Below are positions 1 to 12,300 of a stretch of 64,000 nt of DNA, piece after piece. Below the pieces are notes generated by a model. The model saw only the letters and a program-made list of their open reading frames with translations. It ran no database searches and had not been told where the DNA came from. Each line of letters begins with the position of its first letter. The stretch's first letter is position 1. The DNA comes from the human T2T-CHM13v2.0 reference genome, Homo sapiens, in assembly GCF_009914755.1 (NCBI RefSeq), contig NC_060933.1, one strand, 5' to 3'. The position numbers and the translations under genes were made by a program.

Positions 1-343
1 ATTTCGTTGGAAACGGGAATATCTTCATATAAAATCAAGACAGAAGCATTCTCAGAAACTTCTCTGTGATGTTTGCATTCAACTCATAGAGTTGAACACT
101 TCCCTTCATACAGCAGGTTTGAAACACTCTTTTTGTAATATTTGGAAGTGGACATTTGCAGCGCTTTGAGGCCTATGATGAAAAAGGTAATATCTTCCCA
201 TAAAAACTAGACAGAAGCATTCTCAGAAACTTGTTTGTGATGTGTGTATTCAACTAACAGAGATGAACCTTTCTTTTTACAGAGCAGTTTTGAAACACTC
301 TTTTTGTGGAATCTGAAAGTGGATATTTGGATAGCTTTGCGGA

Positions 344-360
344 TTTCGTTGGAAACGGGA
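344..360 (+). promoter_or_regulatory. Canonical CENP-B box (representative; others in the first HORs start at 2, 682, 1535, 1873, 2215, 2895)
   Basis: tttcgttggaaacggga matches YTTCGTTGGAARCGGGA and recurs about every 340 bp. Confidence 0.95.
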
Positions 361-1022
361 TTACATATAAAATCTAGGGAGAAGCATTATCAGGAACTTC
401 TTTGTGATGTTTGCATTCAAGTCACAGAACTGAACATTCCCTTTCATAGAGCAGGTTTGAAACACTCTTTCTGTAGTATCTGCAAGCGGACGTTTTAAGC
501 GCTTTCAGGCCTGTGGTGAGAAAAGAAATATCTTCAAATAAAAACTAGACAGAAGCATTCTCAGAAACTTATTTGCGATGTGTGTCCTCAACTAACAGAG
601 TTGAACCTTTCTTTTGATACAACATTTTGGAAACACTCTTTTTGTAGAATCTGCAAGTGGATATTTGGATAGCTTTGAAGGTTTCGTTGGAAACGGGAAT
701 ATCTTCATATGAAATCAAGACAGAAGCATTCTCAGAAACTTCTCTGTGATGTTTGCATTCAACTCATAGAGTTGAACACTTCCCTTCATACAGCAGGTTT
801 GAAACACTCTTTTTGTAATATTTGGAAGTGGACATTTGCAGCGCTTTGAGGCCTATGTTGAAAAAGGAAATATCTTCTCCTAAAAACCAGACAGAAGCAT
901 TCTCAGAAACTTCCTTGTGATGTGTGTACTCAAGTAACAGATTGAACCTTCCTTTTGACAGAGCAGTTTTGAAGCACTCTTTTTGTAGAATCTGCAAGTG
1001 GATATTTTGATACCTTTGAGGA

Positions 1023-1039
1023 TTTCGTTGGACACGGGA
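1023..1039 (+). promoter_or_regulatory. Variant CENP-B box retaining the core motif (once per HOR)
   Basis: tttcgttggacacggga keeps NTTCGNNNNANNCGGGN. A ttag variant in some HORs (~9366, 14470, 52748) also keeps the core. Confidence 0.8.
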
Positions 1040-1192
1040 TATCTTCATATAAAATCTAGACAGAAGCATTCTCAGAAACTTCTTTGTGCTGTATGTCCTC
1101 AATTAACAGAGTTGAACCTTTGTGTGGATACAGCATTTTGGAAACATTCCTTTAGTAGAATCTGCAAGTTGATATTTAGATAGCTAGGAAGA

Positions 1193-1209
1193 TTTCCTTG
1201 GAAACGGGA
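1193..1209 (+). promoter_or_regulatory. Degenerate CENP-B box, predicted non-binding, in every HOR inspected
   Basis: tttccttggaaacggga has the core TTCG changed to TTCC. It lies one monomer (170 bp) after the box at 1023. Confidence 0.85.
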
Positions 1210-1701
1210 ATATCTTCATATAAAATCTAGACGGAAGCATTCTCAGAAAGTGCTTTGTGATGTTTGCATTCAAGTCACAGAGTTGAATATTCCCTTTTAT
1301 AGAGCAGGTTTGAAACACTCTTTCTGCACTACCTGGAAGTGGACATTTGGAGCGCTTTGAGGCCTATGTTGAAAAAGGAAATATGTTCCCATAAAAACTG
1401 GACAGAAGCATTCTCAGAAACTTGTTTGTGATGTGTGTATTCAACTAACAGAGATGAACCTTTCTTTTTACAGAGCAGTTTTGAAACACTCTTTTTGTGG
1501 AATCTGAAAGTGGATATTTGGATAGCTTTGAGGATTTCGTTGGAAACGGGATTACATATAAAACCTAGAGAGAAGCATTCTCAGGAACTTCTTTGTGATG
1601 TTTGCATTCAAGTCACAGGACTGAACATTCCCTTTCATAGAGCATGTTTGAAACACTCTTTCTGTAGTATCTGCAAGCTGACGTTTCAAGCGCTTTCAGG
1701 C

Positions 1702-1718
1702 CTATGGTGAGAAAGGAA
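1702..1718 (+). promoter_or_regulatory. pJ-alpha-type box of A-type monomers (representative)
   Basis: ctatggtgagaaaggaa occupies the position homologous to the CENP-B box in the alternating monomers. Confidence 0.65.
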
Positions 1719-2552
1719 ATATCTTCAAGTAAAAACTAGACAGAAGCATTCTCAGAAACTTATTTGCCATGTGTGTTCTCAACTAACAGAGTTGAACCTT
1801 TGTTTTGATACGGCATTTTGGAAACACTCTTTTTGTAGAATCTGCAGGTGGATATTCGGATAGCTTTGAAGGTTTCGTTGGAAACGGGAATATCTTCATA
1901 TAAAATCTAGACGGAAGCATTCTCAGAAACTGCTTTGTGATGTTTTCATTCAAGTCACAGAGTAGAATGTTCCCTGTTATATACCAGGTTTGAGACACTC
2001 TTTCTGCACTACCTGGAAGTGGACGTTTGGAGCGCTTTGAGGCCTATGTTGAAAAAGCAAATATCTTCCCATAAAAACTAGACAGAAGCATTCTCAGAAA
2101 CTTGTTTGTGATGTGTGTATTCAACTAACAGGGATGAACCTTTCTTATTACAGAGCAGTTTTGAAACACTCTTTTTGTGGAATCTGAAAGTGGATATTTG
2201 GATAGCTTTGAGGATTTCGTTGGAAACGGGATTACATAGAAAACCTAGAGAGAAGCATTCTCAGGAACTTCTTTGTGATGTTTGCATTCAAGTCACAGAA
2301 CTGAACATTCCCTTTCATAGAGCATGTTTGAAACACTCTTTCTGTAGTATCTGCAAACGGACATTTCAAACGCTTTCAGGCCTATGGTGAGAAAGGAAAT
2401 ATCTTCAAATAAAAACTAGACAGAAGCATTCTCAGAAACTTGTTTGCGATGTGTTTCCTCAACTAACAGAGTTGAACCTTTCTTTTGATACAACATTTTG
2501 GAAACACTCTTTTTGTAGAATCTGCAAGTGGATATTTGGATAGCTTTGAAGG

Positions 2553-2569
2553 TTTCTTTGGAAACGGGA
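2553..2569 (+). promoter_or_regulatory. Degenerate CENP-B box, polymorphic between HOR copies
   Basis: tttctttggaaacggga (TTCG>TTCT) here. The same HOR position is intact at 2, 10889, 17865 and elsewhere. Confidence 0.85.
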
Positions 2570-5500
2570 ATATCTTCATATAAAATCAAGACAGAAGCAT
2601 TCTCAGAAACTTCTCTGTGATGTTTGCATTCAACTCATAGAGTTGAACACTTCCCTTCATACAGCAGGTTTGAAACACTCTTTTTGTAATATTTGGAAGT
2701 GGACATTTGCAGCGCTTTGAGGCCTATGATGAAAAAGGTAATATCTTCCCATAAAAACTAGACAGAAGCATTCTCAGAAACTTGTTTGTGATGTGTGTAT
2801 TCAACTAACAGAGATGAACCTTTCTTTTTACAGAGCAGTTTTGAAACACTCTTTTTGTGGAATCTGAAAGTGGATATTTGGATAGCTTTGCGGATTTCGT
2901 TGGAAACGGGATTACATATAAAATCTAGGGAGAAGCATTCTCAGGAACTTCTTTGTGATGTTTGCATTCAAGTCACAGAACTGAACATTCCCTTTCATAG
3001 AGCAGGTTTGAAACACTCTTTCTGTAGTATCTGCAAGCGGACGTTTTAAGCGCTTTCAGGCCTGTGGTGAGAAAGGAAATATCTTCAAATAAAAACTAGA
3101 CAGAAGCATTCTCAGAAACTTATTTGCGATGTGTGTCCTCAACTAACAGAGTTGAACCTTTCTTTTGATACAACATTTTGGAAACACTCTTTTTGTAGAA
3201 TCTGCAAGTGGATATTTGGATAGCTTTGAAGGTTTCGTTGGAAACGGGAATATCTTCATATGAAATCAAGACAGAAGCATTCTCAGAAACTTCTCTGTGA
3301 TGTTTGCATTCAACTCATAGAGTTGAACACTTCCCTTCATACAGCAGGTTTGAAACACTCTTTTTGTAATATTTGGAAGTGGACATTTGCAGCGCTTTGA
3401 GGCCTATGTTGAAAAAGGAAATATCTTCTCCTAAAAACCAGACAGAAGCATTCTCAGAAACTTCCTTGTGATGTGTGTACTCAAGTAACAGAGTTGAACC
3501 TTCCTTTTGACAGAGCAGTTTTGAACCACTCTTTTTGTAGAATCTGCAAGTGGATATTTTGATACCTTTGAGGATTTCGTTGGACACGGGATATCTTCAT
3601 ATAAAATCTAGACAGAAGCATTCTCAGAAACTTCTTTGTGCTGTATGTCCTCAATTAACAGAGTTGAACCTTTGTGTGGATACAGCATTTTGGAAACATT
3701 CCTTTAGTAGAATCTGCAAGTTGATATTTAGATAGCTAGGAAGATTTCCTTGGAAACGGGAATATCTTCATATAAAATCTAGACGGAAGCATTCTCAGAA
3801 AGTGCTTTGTGATGTTTGCATTCAAGTCACAGAGTTGAATATTCCCTTTTATAGAGCAGGTTTGAAACACTCTTTCTGCACTACCTGGAAGTGGACATTT
3901 GGAGCGCTTTGAGGCCTATGTTGAAAAAGGAAATATGTTCCCATAAAAACTGGACAGAAGCATTCTCAGAAACTTGTTTGTGATGTGTGTATTCAACTAA
4001 CAGAGATGAACCTTTCTTTTTACAGAGCAGTTTTGAAACACTCTTTTTGTGGAATCTGAAAGTGGATATTTGGATAGCTTTGAGGATTTCGTTGGAAACG
4101 GGATTACATATAAAACCTAGAGAGAAGCATTCTCAGGAACTTCTTTGTGATGTTTGCATTCAAGTCACAGGACTGAACATTCCCTTTCATAGAGCATGTT
4201 TGAAACACTCTTTCTGTAGTATCTGCAAGCTGACGTTTCAAGCGCTTTCAGGCCTATGGTGAGAAAGGAAATATCTTCAAGTAAAAACTAGACAGAAGCA
4301 TTCTCAGAAACTTATTTGCCATGTGTGTTCTCAACTAACAGAGTTGAACCTTTGTTTTGATACGGCATTTTGGAAACACTCTTTTTGTAGAATCTGCAGG
4401 TGGATATTCGGATAGCTTTGAAGGTTTCGTTGGAAACGGGAATATCTTCATATAAAATCTAGACGGAAGCATTCTCAGAAACTGCTTTGTGATGTTTTCA
4501 TTCAAGTCACAGAGTAGAATGTTCCCTGTTATATACCAGGTTTGAGACACTCTTTCTGCACTACCTGGAAGTGGACGTTTGGAGCGCTTTGAGGCCTATG
4601 TTGAAAAAGGAAATATCTTCCCATAAAAACTAGACAGAAGCATTCTCAGAAACTTGTTTGTGATGTGTGTATTCAACTAACAGGGATGAACCTTTCTTAT
4701 TACAGAGCAGTTTTGAAACACTCTTTTTGTGGAATCTGAAAGTGGATATTTGGATAGCTTTGAGGATTTCGTTGGAAACGGGATTACATATAAAACCTAG
4801 AGAGAAGCATTCTCAGGAACTTCTTTGTGATGTTTGCATTCAAGTCACAGAACTGAACATTCCCTTTCATAGAGCATGTTTGAAACACTCTTTCTGTAGT
4901 ATCTGCAAACGGACATTTCAAACGCTTTCAGGCCTATGGTGAGAAAGGAAATATCTTCAAATAAAAACTAGACAGAAGCATTCTCAGAAACTTGTTTGCG
5001 ATGTGTTTCCTCAACTAACAGAGTTGAACCTTTCTTTTGATACAACATTTTGGAAACACTCTTTTTGTAGAATCTGCAAGTGGATATTTGGATAGCTTTG
5101 AAGGTTTCTTTGGAAACGGGAATATCTTCATATAAAATCAAGACAGAAGCATTCTCAGAAACTTCTCTGTGATGTTTGCATTCAACTCATAGAGTTGAAC
5201 ACTTCCCTTCATACAGCAGGTTTGAAACACTCTTTTTGTAATATTTGGAAGTGGACATTTGCAGCGCTTTGAGGCCTATGATGAAAAAGGTAATATCTTC
5301 CCATAAAAACTAGACAGAAGCATTCTCAGAAACTTGTTTGTGATGTGTGTATTCAACTAACAGAGATGAACCTTTCTTTTTACAGAGCAGTTTTGAAACA
5401 CTCTTTTTGTGGAATCTGAAAGTGGATATTTGGATAGCTTTGCGGATTTCGTTGGAAACGGGATTACATATAAAATCTAGGGAGAAGCATTCTCAGGAAC

Positions 5501-6101
5501 TTCTTTGTGATGTTTGCATTCAAGTCACAGAACTGAACATTCCCTTTCATAGAGCAGGTTTGAAACACTCTTTCTGTAGTATCTGCAAGCGGACGTTTTA
5601 AGCGCTTTCAGGCCTGTGGTGAGAAAGGAAATATCTTCAAATAAAAACTAGACAGAAGCATTCTCAGAAACTTATTTGCGATGTGTGTCCTCAACTAACA
5701 GAGTTGAACCTTTCTTTTGATACAACATTTTGGAAACACTCTTTTTGTAGAATCTGCAAGTGGATATTTGGATAGCTTTGAAGGTTTCGTTGGAAACGGG
5801 AATATCTTCATATGAAATCAAGACAGAAGCATTCTCAGAAACTTCTCTGTGATGTTTGCATTCAACTCATAGAGTTGAACACTTCCCTTCATACAGCAGG
5901 TTTGAAACACTCTTTTTGTAATATTTGGAAGTGGACATTTGCAGCGCTTTGAGGCCTATGTTGAAAAAGGAAATATCTTCTCCTAAAAACCAGACAGAAG
6001 CATTCTCAGAAACTTCCTTGTGATGTGTGTACTCAAGTAACAGAGTTGAACCTTCCTTTTGACAGAGCAGTTTTGAACCACTCTTTTTGTAGAATCTGCA
6101 A

Positions 6102-9100
6102 GTGGATATTTTGATACCTTTGAGGATTTCGTTGGACACGGGATATCTTCATATAAAATCTAGACAGAAGCATTCTCAGAAACTTCTTTGTGCTGTATGT
6201 CCTCAATTAACAGAGTTGAACCTTTGTGTGGATACAGCATTTTGGAAACATTCCTTTAGTAGAATCTGCAAGTTGATATTTAGATAGCTAGGAAGATTTC
6301 CTTGGAAACGGGAATATCTTCATATAAAATCTAGACGGAAGCATTCTCAGAAAGTGCTTTGTGATGTTTGCATTCAAGTCACAGAGTTGAATATTCCCTT
6401 TTATAGAGCAGGTTTGAAACACTCTTTCTGCACTACCTGGAAGTGGACATTTGGAGCGCTTTGAGGCCTATGTTGAAAAAGGAAATATCTTCCCATAAAA
6501 ACTAGACAGAAGCATTCTCAGAAACTTGTTTGTGATGTGTGTATTCAACTAACAGAGATGAACCTTTCTTTTTACAGAGCAGTTTTGAAACACTCTTTTT
6601 GTGGAATCTGAAAGTGGATATTTGGATAGCTTTGAGGATTTCGTTGGAAACGGGATTACATATAAAACCTAGAGAGAAGCATTCTCAGGAACTTCTTTGT
6701 GATGTTTGCCTTCAAGTCACAGGACTGAACATTCCCTTTCATAGAGCAGGTTTGAAACACTCTTTCTGTAGTATCTGCAAGCTGACGTTTCAAGCGCTTT
6801 CAGGCCTATGGTGAGAAAGGAAATATCTTCAAGTAAAAACTAGACAGAAGCATTCTCAGAAACTTATTTGAGATGTGTGTTCTCAACTAACAGAGTTGAA
6901 CCTTTGTTTCGATATGGCATTTTGGAAACACTCTTTTTGTAGAATCTGCAGGTGGATATTCGGATAGCTTTGAAGGTTTCGTTGGAAACGGGAATATCTT
7001 CATATAAAATCTAGACGGAAGCATTCTCAGAAACTGCTTTGTGATGTTTTCATTCAAGTCACAGAGTAGAATGTTCCCTGTTATATACCAGGTTTGAGAC
7101 ACTCTTTCTGCACTACCTGGAAGTGGACGTTTGGAGCGCTTTGAGGCCTATGTTGAAAAAGGAAATATCTTCCCATAAAAACTAGACAGAAGCATTCTCA
7201 GAAACTTGTTTGTGATGTGTGTATTCAACTAACAGGGATGAACCTTTCTTATTACAGAGCAGTTTTGAAACACTCTTTTTGTGGAATCTGAAAGTGGATA
7301 TTTGGATAGCTTTGAGGATTTCGTTGGAAACGGGATTACATATAAAACCTAGAGAGAAGCATTCTCAGGAACTTCTTTGTGATGTTTGCATTCAAGTCAC
7401 AGGACTGAACATTCCCTTTCATAGAGCAGGTTTGAAACACTCTTTCTGTAGTATCTGCAAGCTGACGTTTCAAGCGCTTTCAGGCCTATGGTGAGAAAGG
7501 AAATATCTTCAAGTAAAAACTAGACAGAAGCATTCTCAGAAACTTATTTGCCATGTGTGTTCTCAACTAACAGAGTTGAACCTTTGTTTTGATACGGCAT
7601 TTTGGAAACACTCTTTTTGTAGAATCTGCAGGTGGATATTCGGATAGCTTTGAAGGTTTCGTTGGAAACGGGAATATCTTCATATAAAATCTAGACGGAA
7701 GCATTCTCAGAAACTGCTTTGTGATGTTTTCATTCAAGTCACAGAGTAGAATGTTCCCTGTTATATACCAGGTTTGAGACACTCTTTCTGCACTACCTGG
7801 AAGTGGACGTTTGGAGCGCTTTGAGGCCTATGTTGAAAAAGGAAATATCTTCCCATAAAAACTAGACAGAAGCATTCTCAGAAACTTGTTTGTGATGTGT
7901 GTATTCAACTAACAGGGATGAACCTTTCTTATTACAGAGCAGTTTTGAAACACTCTTTTTGTGGAATCTGAAAGTGGATATTTGGATAGCTTTGAGGATT
8001 TCGTTGGAAACGGGATTACATATAAAACCTAGAGAGAAGCATTCTCAGGAACTTCTTTGTGATGTTTGCATTCACGTCACAGAACTGAACATTCCCTTTC
8101 ATAGAGCATGTTTGAAACACTCTTTCTGTAGTATCTGCAAACGGACATTTCAAACGCTTTCAGGCCTATGGTGAGAAAGGAAATATCTTCAAATAAAAAC
8201 TAGACAGAAGCATTCTCAGAAACTTGTTTGCGATGTGTTTCCTCAACTAACAGAGTTGAACCTTTCTTTTGATACAACATTTTGGAAACACTCTTTTTGT
8301 AGAATCTGCAAGTGGATATTTGGATAGCTTTGAAGGTTTCTTTGGAAACGGGAATATCTTCATATAAAATCAAGACAGAAGCATTCTCAGAAACTTCTCT
8401 GTGATGTTTGCATTCAACTCATAGAGTTGAACACTTCCCTTCATACAGCAGGTTTGAAACACTCTTTTTGTAATATTTGGAAGTGGACATTTGCAGCGCT
8501 TTGAGGCCTATGATGAAAAAGGAAATATCTTCCCATAAAAACTAGACAGAAGCATTCTCAGAAACTTGTTTGTGATGTGTGTATTCAACTAACAGAGATG
8601 AACCTTTCTTTTTACAGAGCAGTTTTGAAACACTCTTTTTGTGGAATCTGAAAGTGGATATTTGGATAGCTTTGCGGATTTCGTTGGAAACGGGATTACA
8701 TATAAAATCTAGGGAGAAGCATTCTCAGGAACTTCTTTGTGATGTTTGCATTCAAGTCACAGAACTGAACATTCCCTTTCATAGAGCAGGTTTGAAACAC
8801 TCTTTCTGTAGTATCTGCAAGCGGACGTTTTAAGCGCTTTCAGGCCTGTGGTGAGAAAGGAAATATCTTCAAATAAAAACTAGACAGAAGCATTCTCAGA
8901 AACTTATTTGCGATGTGTGTCCTCAACTAACAGAGTTGAACCTTTCTTTTGATACAACATTTTGGAAACACTCTTTTTGTAGAATCTGCAAGTGGATATT
9001 TGGATAGCTTTGAAGGTTTCGTTGGAAACGGGAATATCTTCATATGAAATCAAGACAGAAGCATTCTCAGAAACTTCTCTGTGATGTTTGCATTCAACTC

Positions 9101-9333
9101 ATAGAGTTGAACACTTCCCTTCATACAGCAGGTTTGAAACACTCTTTTTCTAATATTTGGAAGTGGACATTTGCAGCGCTTTGAGACCTATGTTGAAAAA
9201 GGAAATATCTTCTCCTAAAAACCAGACAGAAGCATTCTCAGAAACTTCCTTGTGATGTGTGTACTCAAGTAACAGAGTTGAACCTTCCTTTTGACAGAGC
9301 AGTTTTGAAGCACTCTTTTTGTAGAATCTGCAA
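6102..9333 (+). repeat. 19-mer HOR variant (3232 bp = 15-mer + one extra 680-bp tetramer)
   Basis: Landmark interval is 3232, with tetramer starts at 6539, 7219, 7899 and 8579. Confidence 0.93.
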
Positions 9334-12300
9334 GTGGATATTTTGATACCTTTGAGGATTTCGTTAGACACGGGATATCTTCATATAAAATCTAGACAGA
9401 AGCATTCTCAGAAACTTCTTTGTGCTGTATGTCCTCAATTAACAGAGTTGAACCTTTGTGTGGATACAGCATTTTGGAAACATTCCTTTAGTAGAATCTG
9501 CAAGTTGATATTTAGATAGCTAGGAAGATTTCCTTGGAAACGGGAATATCTTCATATAAAATCTAGACGGAAGCATTCTCAGAAAGTGCTTTGTGATGTT
9601 TGCATTCAAGTCACAGAGTTGAATATTCCCTTTTATAGAGCAGGTTTGAAACACTCTTTCTGCACTACCTGGAAGTGGACATTTGGAGCGCTTTGAGGCC
9701 TATGTTGAAAAAGGAAATATCTTCCCATAAAAACTAGACAGAAGCATTCTCAGAAACTTGTTTGTGATGTGTGTATTCAACTAACAGAGATGAACCTTTC
9801 TTTTTACAGAGCAGTTTTGAAACACTCTTTTTGTGGAATCTGAAAGTGGATATTTGGATAGCTTTGAGGATTTCGTTGGAAACGGGATTACATATAAAAC
9901 CTAGAGAGAAGCATTCTCAGGAACTTCTTTGTGATGTTTGCCTTCAAGTCACAGGACTGAACATTCCCTTTCATAGAGCAGGTTTGAAACACTCTTTCTG
10001 TAGTATCTGCAAGCTGACGTTTCAAGCGCTTTCAGGCCTATGGTGAGAAAGGAAATATCTTCAAGTAAAAACTAGACAGAAGCATTCTCAGAAACTTATT
10101 TGCCATGTGTGTTCTCAACTAACAGAGTTGAACCTTTGTTTTGATACGGCATTTTGGAAACACTCTTTTTGTAGAAACTGCAGGTGGATATTCGGATAGC
10201 TTTGAAGGTTTCGTTGGAAACGGGAATATCTTCATATAAAATCTAGACGGAAGCATTCTCAGAAACTGCTTTGTGATGTTTTCATTCAAGTCACAGAGTA
10301 GAATCTTCCCTGTTATATACCAGGTTTCAGACACTCTTTCTGCACTACCTGGAAGTGGACATTTGCAGCGCTTTGAGGCCTATGATGAAAAAGGAAATAT
10401 CTTCCCATAAAAACTAGACAGAAGCATTCTCAGAAACTTGTTTGTGATGTGTGTATTCAACTAACAGAGATGAACCTTTCTTTTTACAGAGCAGTTTTGA
10501 AACACTCTTTTTGTGGAATCTGAAAGTGGATATTTGGATAGCTTTGAGGATTTCGTTGGAAACGGGATTACATATAAAATCTAGAGAGAAGCATTCTCAG
10601 GAACTTCTTTGTGATGTTTGCATTCACGTCACAGAACTGAACATTCCCTTTCATAGAGCATGTTTGAAACACTCTTTCTGTAGTATCTGCAAACGGACAT
10701 TTCAAACGCTTTCAGGCCTATGGTGAGAAAGGAAATATCTTCAAATAAAAACTAGACAGAAGCATTCTCAGAAACTTATTTGCAATGTGTGTCCTCAACT
10801 AACAGAGTTGAACCTTTCTTTTGATACAACATTTTGGAAACACTCTTTTTGTGGAATCTGCAAGTGGATATTTGGATAGCTTTGAAGATTTCGTTGGAAA
10901 CGGGAATATCTTCATATAAAATCAAGACAGAAGCATTCTCAGAAACTTCTCTGTGATGTTTGCATTCAACTCATAGAGTTGAACACTTCCCTTCATACAG
11001 CAGGTTTGAAACACTCTTTTTGTAATATTTGGAAGTGGACATTTGCAGCGCTTTGAGGCCTATGATGAAAAAGGTAATATCTTCCCATAAAAACTAGACA
11101 GAAGCATTCTCAGAAACTTGTTTGTGATGTGTGTATTCAACTAACAGAGATGAACCTTTCTTTTTACAGAGCAGTTTTGAAACACTCTTTTTGTGGAATC
11201 TGAAAGTGGATATTTGGATAGCTTTGCGGATTTCGTTGGAAACGGGATTACATATAAAATCTAGGGAGAAGCATTATCAGGAACTTCTTTGTGATGTTTG
11301 CATTCAAGTCACAGAACTGAACATTCCCTTTCATAGAGCAGGTTTGAAACACTCTTTCTGTAGTATCTGCAAGCGGACGTTTTAAGCGCTTTCAGGCCTG
11401 TGGTGAGAAAAGAAATATCTTCAAATAAAAACTAGACAGAAGCATTCTCAGAAACTTATTTGCGATGTGTGTCCTCAACTAACAGAGTTGAACCTTTCTT
11501 TTGATACAACATTTTGGAAACACTCTTTTTGTAGAATCTGCAAGTGGATATTTGGATAGCTTTGAAGGTTTCGTTGGAAACGGGAATATCTTCATATGAA
11601 ATCAAGACAGAAGCATTCTCAGAAACTTCTCTGTGATGTTTGCATTCAACTCATAGAGTTGAACACTTCCCTTCATACAGCAGGTTTGAAACACTCTTTT
11701 TCTAATATTTGGAAGTGGACATTTGCAGCGCTTTGAGGCCTATGTTGAAAAAGGAAATATCTTCTCCTAAAAACCAGACAGAAGCATTCTCAGAAACTTC
11801 CTTGTGATGTGTGTACTCAAGTAACAGAGTTGAACCTTCCTTTTGACAGAGCAGTTTTGAAGCACTCTTTTTGTAGAATCTGCAAGTGGATATTTTGATA
11901 CCTTTGAGGATTTCGTTGGACACGGGATATCTTCATATAAAATCTAGACAGAAGCATTCTCAGAAACTTCTTTGTGCTGTATGTCCTCAATTAACAGAGT
12001 TGAACCTTTGTGTGGATACAGCATTTTGGAAACATTCCTTTAGTAGAATCTGCAAGTTGATATTTAGATAGCTAGGAAGATTTCCTTGGAAACGGGAATA
12101 TCTTCATATAAAATCTAGACGGAAGCATTCTCAGAAAGTGCTTTGTGATGTTTGCATTCAAGTCACAGAGTTGAATATTCCCTTTTATAGAGCAGGTTTG
12201 AAACACTCTTTCTGCACTACCTGGAAGTGGACATTTGGAGCGCTTTGAGGCCTATGTTGAAAAAGGAAATATGTTCCCATAAAAACTGGACAGAAGCATT

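Larger units (their letters stand above)
998..3549 (+). repeat. Representative dominant 15-mer HOR unit (2552 bp; phase arbitrary, anchored on gtggatattttgatacc)
   Basis: The once-per-HOR landmark recurs at 998, 3550 and 6102. 18 of 25 landmark intervals are 2551-2552 bp. Internal sub-periods are 1192+680+680 (ORF-track starts 2795, 3987, 4667, 5347). Confidence 0.95.

Noticed and set aside
49-57. TTCTCAGAA (STAT/GAS-like TTCN3GAA) and short palindromes such as AAGCGCTT in many monomers
   Set aside because: These are intrinsic to the general alphoid consensus and not specific to this window. The sequence gives no evidence of function.
764-1102. 112-aa minus-strand ORF (also 23731 and 46698)
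   Set aside because: It is a frame fusion caused by the 1-bp deletion at 941 and has no coding evidence.
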